A model generated the notes under the pieces. The model was not told the DNA's origin, did not search any database, and saw only the letters and a list, made by a program, of their open reading frames with translations. 64,000 nucleotides of DNA from a virus. Of the stretch, positions 38,026 through 47,430 are shown in pieces. The stretch lies in IMG/VR virus record IMGVR_UViG_3300022752_000001, positions 8,270 to 72,269 of that record; one strand, given 5' to 3'. The translations under genes were made by a program, and so were the position numbers. The stretch's first letter is position 1; every line of letters begins with the position of its first letter.

Positions 38026-38772
38026 ATGGCTAAACTCAAAGCAACTGCACCCGTGTCCGTCGAAGCACTCGACGTACATCCCCTGCCCCCATCAACCGAA
38101 ACCTTCCATCCCGTAGCGCACGGCAACCTGCACAAGATGTTCCTGCAAGCATCCGAGGCTGCCGGACTGACTGTGGTACCGGCTAAGTTCCAGCTCGCAC
38201 CCAATGGCGAGATGGCAATCGGTACTTACAACCTCATCGACTCACGCCTGGACGCGACAGAGACCAAGGCGCAGATCGGTTGGTTCAATAGCTGGGACAA
38301 GTCTTGCTCAGCCCGCATGTACATGGCGGACGAGATCAAGTGGTGCACCAACGGAATGGTCTTTGCTATGCGGGTGCTGGCCCGTAAGCACACGGCCAAC
38401 ATTCTAGCTGACCTGCCCGGTGGCATAGCCAAAGCTATGCACGATGCAGTACCCAAGTTCCTGGGTAACCGCATGCGTATCGACACCTACAAGTCGGTGC
38501 CCTTGGAGACCAAGGACGCTGACCACTTGCTCATGGAACACTGGCGTCAAGGTATCCTTGGTGACCGGCAGTTGAAGCGTGCTCACTCCGAGTGGGTCGA
38601 GCCTACCTACAATGCGTTCAAAGCACGCAGTGTCTGGTCCTTCCACAACGCCATCACCGAATCCTTGAAGTCAGCCGTCGTGTTCGATGCTCCGCATCTG
38701 ACCACGCTAAGCAACGACATCCTGGATTCGTACACAAACTTCAGCGAACCCGTATTCGCTGGGGCCAACTGA
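38026..38772 (+). CDS. DUF932-family protein
   Basis: NSWD.S.........CTNGM......RKHT and SVWSFHNAITE. Confidence 0.8.
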   Translation: MAKLKATAPVSVEALDVHPLPPSTETFHPVAHGNLHKMFLQASEAAGLTVVPAKFQLAPNGEMAIGTYNLIDSRLDATETKAQIGWFNSWDKSCSARMYMADEIKWCTNGMVFAMRVLARKHTANILADLPGGIAKAMHDAVPKFLGNRMRIDTYKSVPLETKDADHLLMEHWRQGILGDRQLKRAHSEWVEPTYNAFKARSVWSFHNAITESLKSAVVFDAPHLTTLSNDILDSYTNFSEPVFAGAN

Positions 38773-38778
38773 TTGGAT

Positions 38779-38811
38779 GGGGAGGTGGTCACAATTCGTG
38801 ACTGCCTCCCC
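38779..38811 (+). terminator. GC-rich hairpin (terminator or processing site)
   Basis: GGGGAGGTGGTCAC-AATTC-GTGACTGCCTCCCC followed by TCCCTTTAT. Confidence 0.55.
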
Positions 38812-38904
38812 TCCCTTTATGGCAACCGTAAGCAACAAACTCGGTAAGATTCTAGCCATCCTATCGGTGGTTGGTTTCTTACTCTTACTACTACTGATGA
38901 AAAT

Positions 38905-41250
38905 ATGATCATAACAAACTCAAGACAGACACCATTCCAGTCAGCACAGTTTGTAGAAAAACAATTCAGTATCCGCATCAACCCTAAACTATTCGAGGCT
39001 CTCGGTTCGTTGTACACGGACCCAATCCTAGCCATCTGCCGTGAGTACATGACCAATGCAGATGAAGCGCACCAGCTTGCTGGTCACAAGCAACCGATCC
39101 GGGTTACGTTACCCACGGTACTAAAGCCTGAGCTTGCCATCGAGGACAAGGGTCCTGGCTTATCGCAAGATAAGATCTTTGAGCTGTTCACCACATACGG
39201 TGCAAGCGGCGACGAGAAAGAGACAAGCAATGCATACGAGGGTGGCTTTGGTCTAGGCGGTAAGTGCTGGCGGTCCTATGCCGACAGCATCATCGTCGAG
39301 TCCAAGCACGACGGGACAAAGACAACCTACTCGTTCTTTTTGGACGAAACAGGTATGGGTAAGGCTGCTGTACTTGATAAGACCGCAGTCACCGGCACGG
39401 GTGTAACCATCCGTATCCCCATCAAGAAGGATGACATCGGTACCTTTACTGCACGTGCAGTAAAGATTGGCTCAATGTTTCCTGTCCGACCTACCTTCAC
39501 CAACCTGACCGACGCACAGTTCAAGGAAGAGCTGAGCGATGACATGAACTTCGAAACACGCAGTGTTATCCATAAGACGGATAAGTTCACTTACTTCGGT
39601 GACGGCAACGCTTCGTTTGTTCGCATGGGTAGGCTGATCTACCCCGTCAACAGTCAGCATCTTCCCTCCAACTTCAGCGAGATTCTCAAGAGTCTGCTCG
39701 AAGCTGGCGTGTTGATTAACTTTGCTGTTGGCGAACTGGATCTTGCGCCTAGTCGTGAGACGCTTAAGTACACCACCAAAACCGTATCGGCTTTGTTTGG
39801 TGAGCTGAAAGCTGCGGCTGACGGGATGGCAAAAGGTATCTTGAAGGAAGTTAACGACCTTCCCTCCGAACACTTGGCCATCATCAAGATCAACGAGCTG
39901 ACCCGCAAGTCGTACCGAGGCGGTGGATATCACAGTAATCATGTGGAAAAGTTCAGCAGCATGTTGGCTGAGAAGCTGGACAAGAAGTGGACGTGGCAGG
40001 GTAAACCCCTTCTGCATAACACCTATGCGCTGGACAAAGCATTCCCACCTGAGCCGGCTAACTACCAGAACACCACGGTTGAGTACTACAAGTCGCTAGG
40101 TTTGAGCAGTCGTGTGTTCTGGTTGAAGAATTGGGGTACTAAAAACCTACAGTTCCAAGACGAACGGGAGATCATCCCGTCCAAGCGTGCTGCCTTTGTA
40201 ACCACGGGCACTCGCATGTCCTCGCCCAATGCAAGGATTAAAAAGTACCTCAACGATAACAAGGAGTTTGACCACGTTTATGTGCTGGGTCTTAGCGACG
40301 CAGCCAAAGCCAAGGTCATGGCCAAGTACCCGGGATTGATGAGCCTACCGTTCATTGAAGCCGATACCTTGCCGCTACCTGAAAGGGACAGCTCCGGCGA
40401 TGGCAACACAGCTGCTGGCGTCAAGAGTAAGAAGCACTGCAAGGGCAACGTGTTTGTGTTCGATGGCAATAACTCGGATGCAGATAAACGTTCAGACTTG
40501 TGGAGCATAACCAAAGACTACGACTTAGACGTACAAGAGATCTATGTCGTGTTGGATAACTTCCACGCGACCACCCTGAAGGGTGCGCACTTTGGTATGT
40601 GTCTCAACACCGCCAGGGAAGCATTGGCCTCAGTAGGTATGAAGTTTGATTACATCCACGGTATCAAGACTAGCGAACTGGATAAGGTTAAAGACTCCAA
40701 GTGGTTGCATATCACCGAAGCTTTCGACTTAGCCTGCGCCAAGCTTGATGCTGACGAAGCATTGAAGGCCAAGGTCTACCCGATCATGGTTTACTCGATG
40801 GCAAGCAAAGGACTTCATTGGTCCAGTCGACCAAAGAACATGACGGAGAAACAACACGGCAATCTGTCTTATCTGAAAGAAATGCTTAAACGAGTGACCT
40901 CGTTTGTTCAAGGCACAAAAGGACTTGATGAAGTTCTCTTGGATATTAACCGCGAGTTCCAAGCGTTAAGCGATGAACGCGCAACCTACGACAGTTGGTT
41001 GAGCATGGCGTATACCCTCGACTTTGATTGGTCAAAGGTTGTGGGGTATGAGCCAGCAGTCTTCGACAAGATGCGTTTGTTACTCAGACATTACCCACTG
41101 CTGCGTTACTTCAATTACAACTCCAATGTTCTGAACGAAACGTTCAAATCTAAAGGAGTCGCAGCTTTGAATGAATACATAACTTTGAAGCAACCCCTGG
41201 TTCAGAAGAATCAGGCTCAGCTTCCCAACAAAGAAAGAGAGGTAGCATGA
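38905..41250 (+). CDS. rIIA: rIIA-like protein (N-terminal GHKL/HATPase)
   Basis: LY.DPI.A..RE...NA.EAH, IED.G.G, GGFGLG.K and SRE.L.Y; followed by rIIB. Confidence 0.85.
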   Translation: MIITNSRQTPFQSAQFVEKQFSIRINPKLFEALGSLYTDPILAICREYMTNADEAHQLAGHKQPIRVTLPTVLKPELAIEDKGPGLSQDKIFELFTTYGASGDEKETSNAYEGGFGLGGKCWRSYADSIIVESKHDGTKTTYSFFLDETGMGKAAVLDKTAVTGTGVTIRIPIKKDDIGTFTARAVKIGSMFPVRPTFTNLTDAQFKEELSDDMNFETRSVIHKTDKFTYFGDGNASFVRMGRLIYPVNSQHLPSNFSEILKSLLEAGVLINFAVGELDLAPSRETLKYTTKTVSALFGELKAAADGMAKGILKEVNDLPSEHLAIIKINELTRKSYRGGGYHSNHVEKFSSMLAEKLDKKWTWQGKPLLHNTYALDKAFPPEPANYQNTTVEYYKSLGLSSRVFWLKNWGTKNLQFQDEREIIPSKRAAFVTTGTRMSSPNARIKKYLNDNKEFDHVYVLGLSDAAKAKVMAKYPGLMSLPFIEADTLPLPERDSSGDGNTAAGVKSKKHCKGNVFVFDGNNSDADKRSDLWSITKDYDLDVQEIYVVLDNFHATTLKGAHFGMCLNTAREALASVGMKFDYIHGIKTSELDKVKDSKWLHITEAFDLACAKLDADEALKAKVYPIMVYSMASKGLHWSSRPKNMTEKQHGNLSYLKEMLKRVTSFVQGTKGLDEVLLDINREFQALSDERATYDSWLSMAYTLDFDWSKVVGYEPAVFDKMRLLLRHYPLLRYFNYNSNVLNETFKSKGVAALNEYITLKQPLVQKNQAQLPNKEREVA

Positions 41251-42089
41251 ACATAATCATAACCGAAAACGACCTGACTGCGGTCATCAACAACAAGTCC
41301 TACACCCTTCGAAAGGAACACCCAAACTTCCGATTGGTGGTGGACGGCATCAAGAACAAGCTTCCTGAAACGGAAATCGTTGACTTGATGGACGTCACTA
41401 AGAGCGTTGTTCACTACACCAACGGTAAGGTGGAAGTGCGTAACGGCCAGGTGTTCTACGACAACGAGCCAGTACAAGGCACGTTGGTAGAGCGTCTGCT
41501 CAGCTTTATGCAGGAAGGTCTCCCGCATGAACCCTACATAAAGTTCTTAGAGAACCTTATGCAGAACCCCAGCAGTCGTAGCCGGTCTCAGTTGTACCGC
41601 TTCCTTGAGCACAAGAGTCTGCCCATCACAGATGATGGCTGCTTCCTTGCATACAAGGGGGTCAGAGATAACTACCTGGACTGCCACTCTGGCACGATCG
41701 ACAACCATCCCGGACGGCGCATTACCATGCCCCGCTCCAGGATCTCGGACGATCCTGACCTGGGTTGTCACACCGGGTTACACGTGGGTAGCGAGGAGTA
41801 TGCGACCAGCTTTGGTCAGCGTACCGTCATCGTTAAGGTTAACCCTCGTGACGTGGTGTCTGTGCCACTCGACTGCGAGTGCCAAAAGATGCGGGTCTGT
41901 GAGTATGAAGTGACGTCGGACTACGCCGGCTCCATGCGTCAGACCTACAGCTCCAACAACACTGGGTATGGCGACAACGCCTACTACAACACCGATGACG
42001 GCTGGGGTGAAGAGGATGAGTCGGGTGCGCACAGCACATCAGTCCTCAACCCTAATCGTTACGAATACAAGTTCACACATCAGGTCTAA
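41247..42089 (+). CDS. rIIB: rIIB-like protein
   Basis: FL.NLM.NPS...LY.FL....PIT.DG.FLAYK.V...C..GLH....VKVNP.DVVSVP....KMRVC.Y.V. Confidence 0.9.
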   Translation: MNIIITENDLTAVINNKSYTLRKEHPNFRLVVDGIKNKLPETEIVDLMDVTKSVVHYTNGKVEVRNGQVFYDNEPVQGTLVERLLSFMQEGLPHEPYIKFLENLMQNPSSRSRSQLYRFLEHKSLPITDDGCFLAYKGVRDNYLDCHSGTIDNHPGRRITMPRSRISDDPDLGCHTGLHVGSEEYATSFGQRTVIVKVNPRDVVSVPLDCECQKMRVCEYEVTSDYAGSMRQTYSSNNTGYGDNAYYNTDDGWGEEDESGAHSTSVLNPNRYEYKFTHQV

Positions 42090-42113
42090 TTACTGACTGA
42101 TGATGGCCAGTAA

Positions 42114-42141
42114 GGGGCGGTCGCCCCTATTCGACCGCCCC
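42114..42141 (+). terminator. GC-rich hairpin after rIIB
   Basis: GGGGCGGTCG-N8-CGACCGCCCC; no U-tract. Confidence 0.45.
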
Positions 42142-42162
42142 TGAAAACCATAAGGAGGACAC

Positions 42163-42363
42163 ATGAGTGGAGTTACATACGGACAGTGGCAAGCAAGGAT
42201 GACGTCTCAAGCTGCAGCTGAAAACTCTCGTGAATACCACGATCTTAAATGTCAGATGCTCAGGCTAGAGAATCAAAAGCTTAAGGAAGAAATCCTTAAG
42301 CTGCAAAAAGACAACAACATAATTGAACGGGAGCAACAGCTCCAGTCGGATCGTTGGGCATGA
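42163..42363 (+). CDS. Hypothetical coiled-coil protein
   Basis: TAAGGAGG SD. Confidence 0.6.
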   Translation: MSGVTYGQWQARMTSQAAAENSREYHDLKCQMLRLENQKLKEEILKLQKDNNIIEREQQLQSDRWA

Positions 42364-42578
42364 GCCTGCTCAACAAAGCAGCAGTTAAACGCAGTGCCCT
42401 TGACCTGGCGTCAGCCAAGTTCAAGGAGCGCAACAAGACTAGGTTGGAGATGGGCATCGCCCCGCTGAAGGCTGCGCCTTCACGGGTCAGCGGCGAGTTC
42501 ATCGACAACTTCGAAGCCAAGGTGATTGGCTTACTCAACAGTATGGTCAGCGACCATAAGACAGGAGCAACACTATGA
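42360..42578 (+). CDS. Small basic protein, possible histone fold
   Basis: LLNKAAVKR...RVSGEFIDNFEAKV..LL..MV....GATL. Confidence 0.5.
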   Translation: MSLLNKAAVKRSALDLASAKFKERNKTRLEMGIAPLKAAPSRVSGEFIDNFEAKVIGLLNSMVSDHKTGATL

Positions 42579-42847
42579 AGAAACCTAAGATGCATTATTA
42601 CTTTGGGGAAGTTGAAGAACACAACGGCGAGTATGAATACAACCAGAAGTATTTATTCAAGACCACAGGCAACCCAGAAGAATATACCAAGAAAGTCGCT
42701 CGAGATTGGTACGGCGAAGACTCATCGAGAACCGAAGAAGACGGCGGCTTCTGGCATAACGGTGAAGTTATAACTTACCCCGGGTCACATCAGAGAATAT
42801 CTGAAGACAACTTCAAAGTAATGAAACGGTACTTACTTGTACTGTAA
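42575..42847 (+). CDS. Hypothetical protein
   Basis: AGGAG SD; ATGA overlap. Confidence 0.6.
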   Translation: MKKPKMHYYFGEVEEHNGEYEYNQKYLFKTTGNPEEYTKKVARDWYGEDSSRTEEDGGFWHNGEVITYPGSHQRISEDNFKVMKRYLLVL

Positions 42848-42864
42848 CCGAAAGAAACAACACC

Positions 42865-43503
42865 ATGACATTAGCTATGGCTGAGTCCATGATCGGGGCT
42901 CTGTCCAACCCAAGTAAGATGCCCGGCTGGGGCTGGGGTATCTCCGCACTCAACTGCAACATCGGCAGCAAGCTAAGAGAAGTAGTCGATAGCATATGCG
43001 CTGAGTGCTACGCCCTACGCAATCATTACGTCATGCAGAATGTGGTGCAGGCTCACGCTAAGCGTCAGCTTGCATCCAACCGCGATGATTGGGTCGACCT
43101 CATGGCGTTTATGATCAACGCCAAATCAAAGAACAAAGGCGGAGACGCCTTCCGTTGGTTTGATTCGGGCGACCTTCAGTCGGTACAATTACTGACAAAA
43201 ATCTGTCAGGTTTGCGTCAAGACACCCAAGGTAAAGCACTACCTACCTACAAAGGAATACAAGATCGTACAGGATTATGTCCAGGGTGGAGGGGTTATCC
43301 CTGACAACCTGTGCATCAGGCTGTCCGCTTACATCATTGACGGTCCCCTGCCTCAAGCCTTGGCCCAACGCCTCGGCGTACAGACAGCTTCAACCGTAAC
43401 TAGCAACGCTACCTGCCCAGCCAAACAGCAGAACAACAAGTGCTTGGACTGCCGCATTTGCTGGGACAAATCCACACCCAGCGTCAGCTACATCAAACAT
43501 TAA
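42865..43503 (+). CDS. Gene product 88-like (GP88) Cys-rich protein
   Basis: SKMPG, C..GSKL...C..CYA, FRWFDSGDL, NL.IRLS and CPA..Q...C..CR.CW...SY..H. Confidence 0.8.
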   Translation: MTLAMAESMIGALSNPSKMPGWGWGISALNCNIGSKLREVVDSICAECYALRNHYVMQNVVQAHAKRQLASNRDDWVDLMAFMINAKSKNKGGDAFRWFDSGDLQSVQLLTKICQVCVKTPKVKHYLPTKEYKIVQDYVQGGGVIPDNLCIRLSAYIIDGPLPQALAQRLGVQTASTVTSNATCPAKQQNNKCLDCRICWDKSTPSVSYIKH

Positions 43504-43513
43504 GAAAGGATAC

Positions 43514-44086
43514 ATGATACAACCCATTAACCCTGTCAATGTTACGGACTACCAAAGAGACGACGCCAACCTTCAAGCCTTCTGGATCTTCTGCGTACTG
43601 ACCGCCGGCAAGAATGCCGACACGGCAGCAAAGAAAGTATCGGAGCTACTAAACCGATTCACCACGCAGAAACCCTTTGAGTACATACGACAGCTTGGTC
43701 CTATTGCCCTGCGCAACGCCCTGCTCTCCGCCAAAAGCGGACAGTATGAGCGGATCTCCCAAGCTTTAATGGAGTCATGCAGCCTGAACTTACGACACGC
43801 AACAACGGATGAACTGGACGAGGTCTACGGTGTAGGCCCCAAGACAGCCAGGTTCTTCATCCTACATACCAGACCCTTGGTTAGGGTCGCTGTGCTCGAC
43901 ACCCACATCCTCAAATGGATGAAGAGTGTCGGCGTAGAAGATGTGCCTGAGGCATCCCCAACAGACAAAGAAGTGTACGAAAAGTATGAACGCATTTGGC
44001 TCACGCTTTACCCGTCACACTTCCCCAACTGCACGCCGGCTCAAGCCGACTTGCTTATCTGGAGATTAATGAGCGGACGCGAATGA
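43514..44086 (+). CDS. HhH-GPD DNA glycosylase/AP lyase-like protein
   Basis: FCVLTAG, HhH hairpin L..V.GVGPKTA (Lys) and VLDTHILKW (Asp). Confidence 0.8.
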   Translation: MIQPINPVNVTDYQRDDANLQAFWIFCVLTAGKNADTAAKKVSELLNRFTTQKPFEYIRQLGPIALRNALLSAKSGQYERISQALMESCSLNLRHATTDELDEVYGVGPKTARFFILHTRPLVRVAVLDTHILKWMKSVGVEDVPEASPTDKEVYEKYERIWLTLYPSHFPNCTPAQADLLIWRLMSGRE

Positions 44087-44295
44087 GATTCTTTTACCAC
44101 TTCAACAAACCCTTATCGGTACAACGCAAGGACGTCTGGTGGACTATTCACTACCAGGGTCGTTGCGTTCCCATCGCAGGTTTCGACTGCCGTGTGCCGA
44201 CACACGATCGCAAACGAAAATCACAACCCCGTGCCGTTGTCTGGGGCGATGCCCATAGCATCAGCATACAAGACAACCGCGCAATTATTACATGA
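44083..44295 (+). CDS. Hypothetical protein
   Basis: MRFFYHFNKP...HY.G.C...QPR.V..G; ATGA overlap. Confidence 0.6.
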   Translation: MRFFYHFNKPLSVQRKDVWWTIHYQGRCVPIAGFDCRVPTHDRKRKSQPRAVVWGDAHSISIQDNRAIIT

Positions 44296-44522
44296 AGGAA
44301 AACCCTATGACGACATACGCCATTAAGAATAACCGCAACCTTTGGCTCTCAATCGACGATACATGGCTTAGCCTTGAAGAAGGCATACGCCAAGACACGA
44401 TACGTGGCTACACAGAATTGGACGCAGTTAACGAGGATCTACTCAAGTACCAGGAGGAGAAAGCTAATGTTTCCTACCACCCCTGGCAGATGGGTAAGAC
44501 ACGGGAACTGCAGCTTACATGA
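44292..44522 (+). CDS. Hypothetical protein
   Basis: Coupled ORF. Confidence 0.55.
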   Translation: MKENPMTTYAIKNNRNLWLSIDDTWLSLEEGIRQDTIRGYTELDAVNEDLLKYQEEKANVSYHPWQMGKTRELQLT

Positions 44523-45163
44523 CAGCCGCCATTAGGGATCTCTACTACAACCTTAAACAATCCGACATCGACAGCTACACCCGCTACTGGGATGCAATTA
44601 ATCCCAGAGGAAATAAGATGCGGGAGTTCAAGTTCTGGATGTTCAGTATCTTTGCAGCCAACATGGGCTGGGAAGACAACGTCAAGTGCATGGAAGCTGT
44701 CGGTAACCACAATGATTGGATCGACAATACAGCCGAGTTGGAACGTAGACTGTACAACGCACGCACTGGTTTATGGCGGAGCAAAGCCAGAGACATCCAG
44801 CGTTTCACGCAGTTGTTTATGCACAAGTATCACAGCTTTGTGCGTCAATCCAACGAAAGCTGTACCGAATACCGCAATCGCATTGCTGAGACTGTCCCTG
44901 GTTTAGGGCTGGCTAAAGCCAGCTTTGCCATTGGCATGTTGAATCCTAGCTGCATGGTCGTCTGCTTGGATCGATTAATCTTGCGTGGAATTCATGCATT
45001 AAAAGGACGGCAAGTAAACAAAACGGAGTACACAAAAATGGAGAACCATTGGACTAGACTCGCTTCTGACTATGACGTTAAACCGTTCATTGCCAGAGAG
45101 ATATGGTGGAACAAGCTTCAAGGCTTTAAGTCCACACGATATTGGAGTAAGACATTGGAATGA
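44519..45163 (+). CDS. Second HhH-GPD DNA glycosylase-like protein
   Basis: GL...KA..I, VPGLGLAKASF, VVCLDRLILR and Y..ME..W. Confidence 0.7.
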   Translation: MTAAIRDLYYNLKQSDIDSYTRYWDAINPRGNKMREFKFWMFSIFAANMGWEDNVKCMEAVGNHNDWIDNTAELERRLYNARTGLWRSKARDIQRFTQLFMHKYHSFVRQSNESCTEYRNRIAETVPGLGLAKASFAIGMLNPSCMVVCLDRLILRGIHALKGRQVNKTEYTKMENHWTRLASDYDVKPFIAREIWWNKLQGFKSTRYWSKTLE

Positions 45164-45747
45164 CCAACAAGCGATTATTATGGAGAGCAGATAAAGACTA
45201 TAAACATTATGAACAAGGAGACATTAAACTCGGCGTAGATCTTGCCAACTGGGCTCATGCCCAGACGCAAATTGAGCTTAAGAACTCCAAGCAATTAGCC
45301 AAGAAAAGCAAAACGTATTGGATGACCTGGGATGAATGCAGTGAGTATTACCAAAAGCACTGCAATCATGTACTGCCTCATGATTGTGAGTTTGGCCATA
45401 AGAACTGTTCAGATACCCCCAACGGTGTCTGCGTTTATTGTACCGCCATGTTTGAATACATGCGTGTTCATGAGTCATCGTTGCTTGCTGCATTCCAAGA
45501 CGAAAGGATCCAGGAGATCCTTGGCCCGGAGGAAGTCAACGCATACTACCAACGTATGCTTGGCTATGACGCCGAGCTTAACAAAGATATCAACAAGAAC
45601 CTTCTTAGTAAGAAGTGTCTGATCGATATTCCTTCAAGATATAAAGGTCAAGGCCAGCAGTTAAAGGAGCTGTACGATGCCTTCAAGGGTCCAAGCCCGA
45701 TGGTCAGGGCTGACGATCCTCCAGAACCACCCTGTAAAGTGTTCTAG
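45160..45747 (+). CDS. Hypothetical protein with Cys/His cluster
   Basis: Last gene of the plus-strand block; its stop overlaps the convergent gene. Confidence 0.55.
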   Translation: MTNKRLLWRADKDYKHYEQGDIKLGVDLANWAHAQTQIELKNSKQLAKKSKTYWMTWDECSEYYQKHCNHVLPHDCEFGHKNCSDTPNGVCVYCTAMFEYMRVHESSLLAAFQDERIQEILGPEEVNAYYQRMLGYDAELNKDINKNLLSKKCLIDIPSRYKGQGQQLKELYDAFKGPSPMVRADDPPEPPCKVF

Positions 45748-47078
45748 AAAAGCCTGCCAGACGGCGAGCGTCTCGATCCCCCACCTGCCATGGTGCCAAA
45801 TCTTCCCGTGTTCACAAAGAAACGTGGAGGGGGTCGGACGTTCGCCGTTGTGGTAGATGAGGGGCTTGTGCCGTCCTCGTCATCTTCATTTTTTTTAAGC
45901 GGTTTAAAGTCGGGAATATTACCGGCAGACTGAACTCGATTGGCTTGCTTGGCAGCCAGCTCTGCAATCATCCCTTGTGTGTCGGGGTTGCTCAGGAATG
46001 ACATAATGTCTGGCTCCAGGGCTTTGTCTTGAATCCCAATGGGTGCTTTGACTGCTTGCTCTGCCATCGCTACGGATTCCTTGACGGAAGGTTTGTAAGT
46101 ATCTGCGGAAGGTTTGGGCTCAGGCGTCTTATTGATTTGCTCCTGCTGTCTCCTGCTCAGCTCTTCAAAAGCCTTTTGGAAGTTACCCTCGGTAGCGTCC
46201 ATACCTTTTTCTTTAAGCCAGTTGCTAGCTTCTTCAATCCCGATAGAAGGCACGTTCTTTGTGGGCTGCTCCGGCCCCGCTGACTTTGCGTTAGCTACTG
46301 CCGTAGGCTCTTCAGACTTTAAGATACTCATAGCGTCCATAGCTTTGTCACCAACCATTGGTAGTAAAGTGCCACCAGCAAAAGCCCCAATCCCCGGCGC
46401 CCCCACTCTGCCTCCTAACGCCGCACCAACTTTTGAACCGATACCAACCAACGCGGTGTTTACTGCCTGACGAGCCAGCCTCTTATTTGACTCAGGTTTA
46501 TCCAGGGCCTCCGTGAAAGACTGTCCCTTATCCATATCTGACTTCATCTCCCATGCTCTACTGACAGCTGGAAAAGCAGCATACGCAGTCGCCATTTTAT
46601 TATTTAACACCGCCTTACCTATCTTAGAACCCGAGGCTTTTCCTAAACCCTTACCTGTTGCCTCCTTAAGATTTTTAAATTCTTGCCCCAGGCCCTGCAC
46701 ATATTTTCCAAAAGGTCCCGCTTCTTTAGCCGCACCGGCCGCCGCCTTACCGGCTGTATCCGCTGCCGCTTTGCCAACCGCAGTCGCTTCAGCCGCAACC
46801 GCGTCCTTTGTAGCTTTGGCCGCAGGGTTAGTGGCTACGGACTTTAACTTGGCGCCCTTGGCTTTAGGGGTTGTAGTTCCAGCGGAAGCTTCAGCCTGCG
46901 GAACGCTTTGTGTTGGCTTTTGTTTGCTTGCCCACCCAGCGGGAAGCTCTGCTTTAACTTCCTTTAGTAAACCCTTTTCAAGCATATCCCCCAAGCGAGT
47001 TTGTTTTTCAAGGGGCTGCGTTTTAAGCCACTCTCTTATCTTTGCTACCTGCTTGTCGCTTGCGGTCATTGTCGCCAT
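45744..47078 (-). CDS. Internal virion / ejection-type protein
   Basis: Ala/Lys-rich with glycine zipper VGAALGG..GA..GG; AAGGAG SD. Confidence 0.6.
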   Translation of the reverse strand: MATMTASDKQVAKIREWLKTQPLEKQTRLGDMLEKGLLKEVKAELPAGWASKQKPTQSVPQAEASAGTTTPKAKGAKLKSVATNPAAKATKDAVAAEATAVGKAAADTAGKAAAGAAKEAGPFGKYVQGLGQEFKNLKEATGKGLGKASGSKIGKAVLNNKMATAYAAFPAVSRAWEMKSDMDKGQSFTEALDKPESNKRLARQAVNTALVGIGSKVGAALGGRVGAPGIGAFAGGTLLPMVGDKAMDAMSILKSEEPTAVANAKSAGPEQPTKNVPSIGIEEASNWLKEKGMDATEGNFQKAFEELSRRQQEQINKTPEPKPSADTYKPSVKESVAMAEQAVKAPIGIQDKALEPDIMSFLSNPDTQGMIAELAAKQANRVQSAGNIPDFKPLKKNEDDEDGTSPSSTTTANVRPPPRFFVNTGRFGTMAGGGSRRSPSGRLF

Positions 47079-47120
47079 ATGTATTACTCCTTTTTAGCTA
47101 CTGTCAACTATTAGTCAATA

Positions 47121-47267
47121 TTATCGCTTGCCTAGCCCGCGTCGAGCTCTTGCTTGAAACTCTTTTTTGCCGTACTTCTTGCGCCCAATCCAAGCGGCCA
47201 AGGCTCTCGGATCCTGCGCCCCTTGCTTGTCCAGCTTGTTAACCAGCTTCTTATATTTGGAAATCAT
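47121..47267 (-). CDS. Small basic conserved phage protein
   Basis: Manual translation MISKYKKLVNKL...ALAAWIGRKKYGKKEFQ. Confidence 0.6.
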   Translation of the reverse strand: MISKYKKLVNKLDKQGAQDPRALAAWIGRKKYGKKEFQARARRGLGKR

Positions 47268-47428
47268 TTTTGTTTTTGCTCCTTTTCCCATTGATCATCA
47301 TCACCATCATCGTCTTTATCTTTAAAGGCCCAAGGCATACGACTGCCTGGGTGCTTAGAAAAAAGCCAGTCAGTTTCTGGATGCTCTTCACGGGCAATCT
47401 GTCTTGGTTTTCTTTTTTTACCGGCCAT
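47264..47428 (-). CDS. Small hypothetical protein
   Basis: 54 aa; fills the gap with an ATGA overlap. Confidence 0.5.
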   Translation of the reverse strand: MAGKKRKPRQIAREEHPETDWLFSKHPGSRMPWAFKDKDDDGDDDQWEKEQKQK

Positions 47429-47430
47429 GA

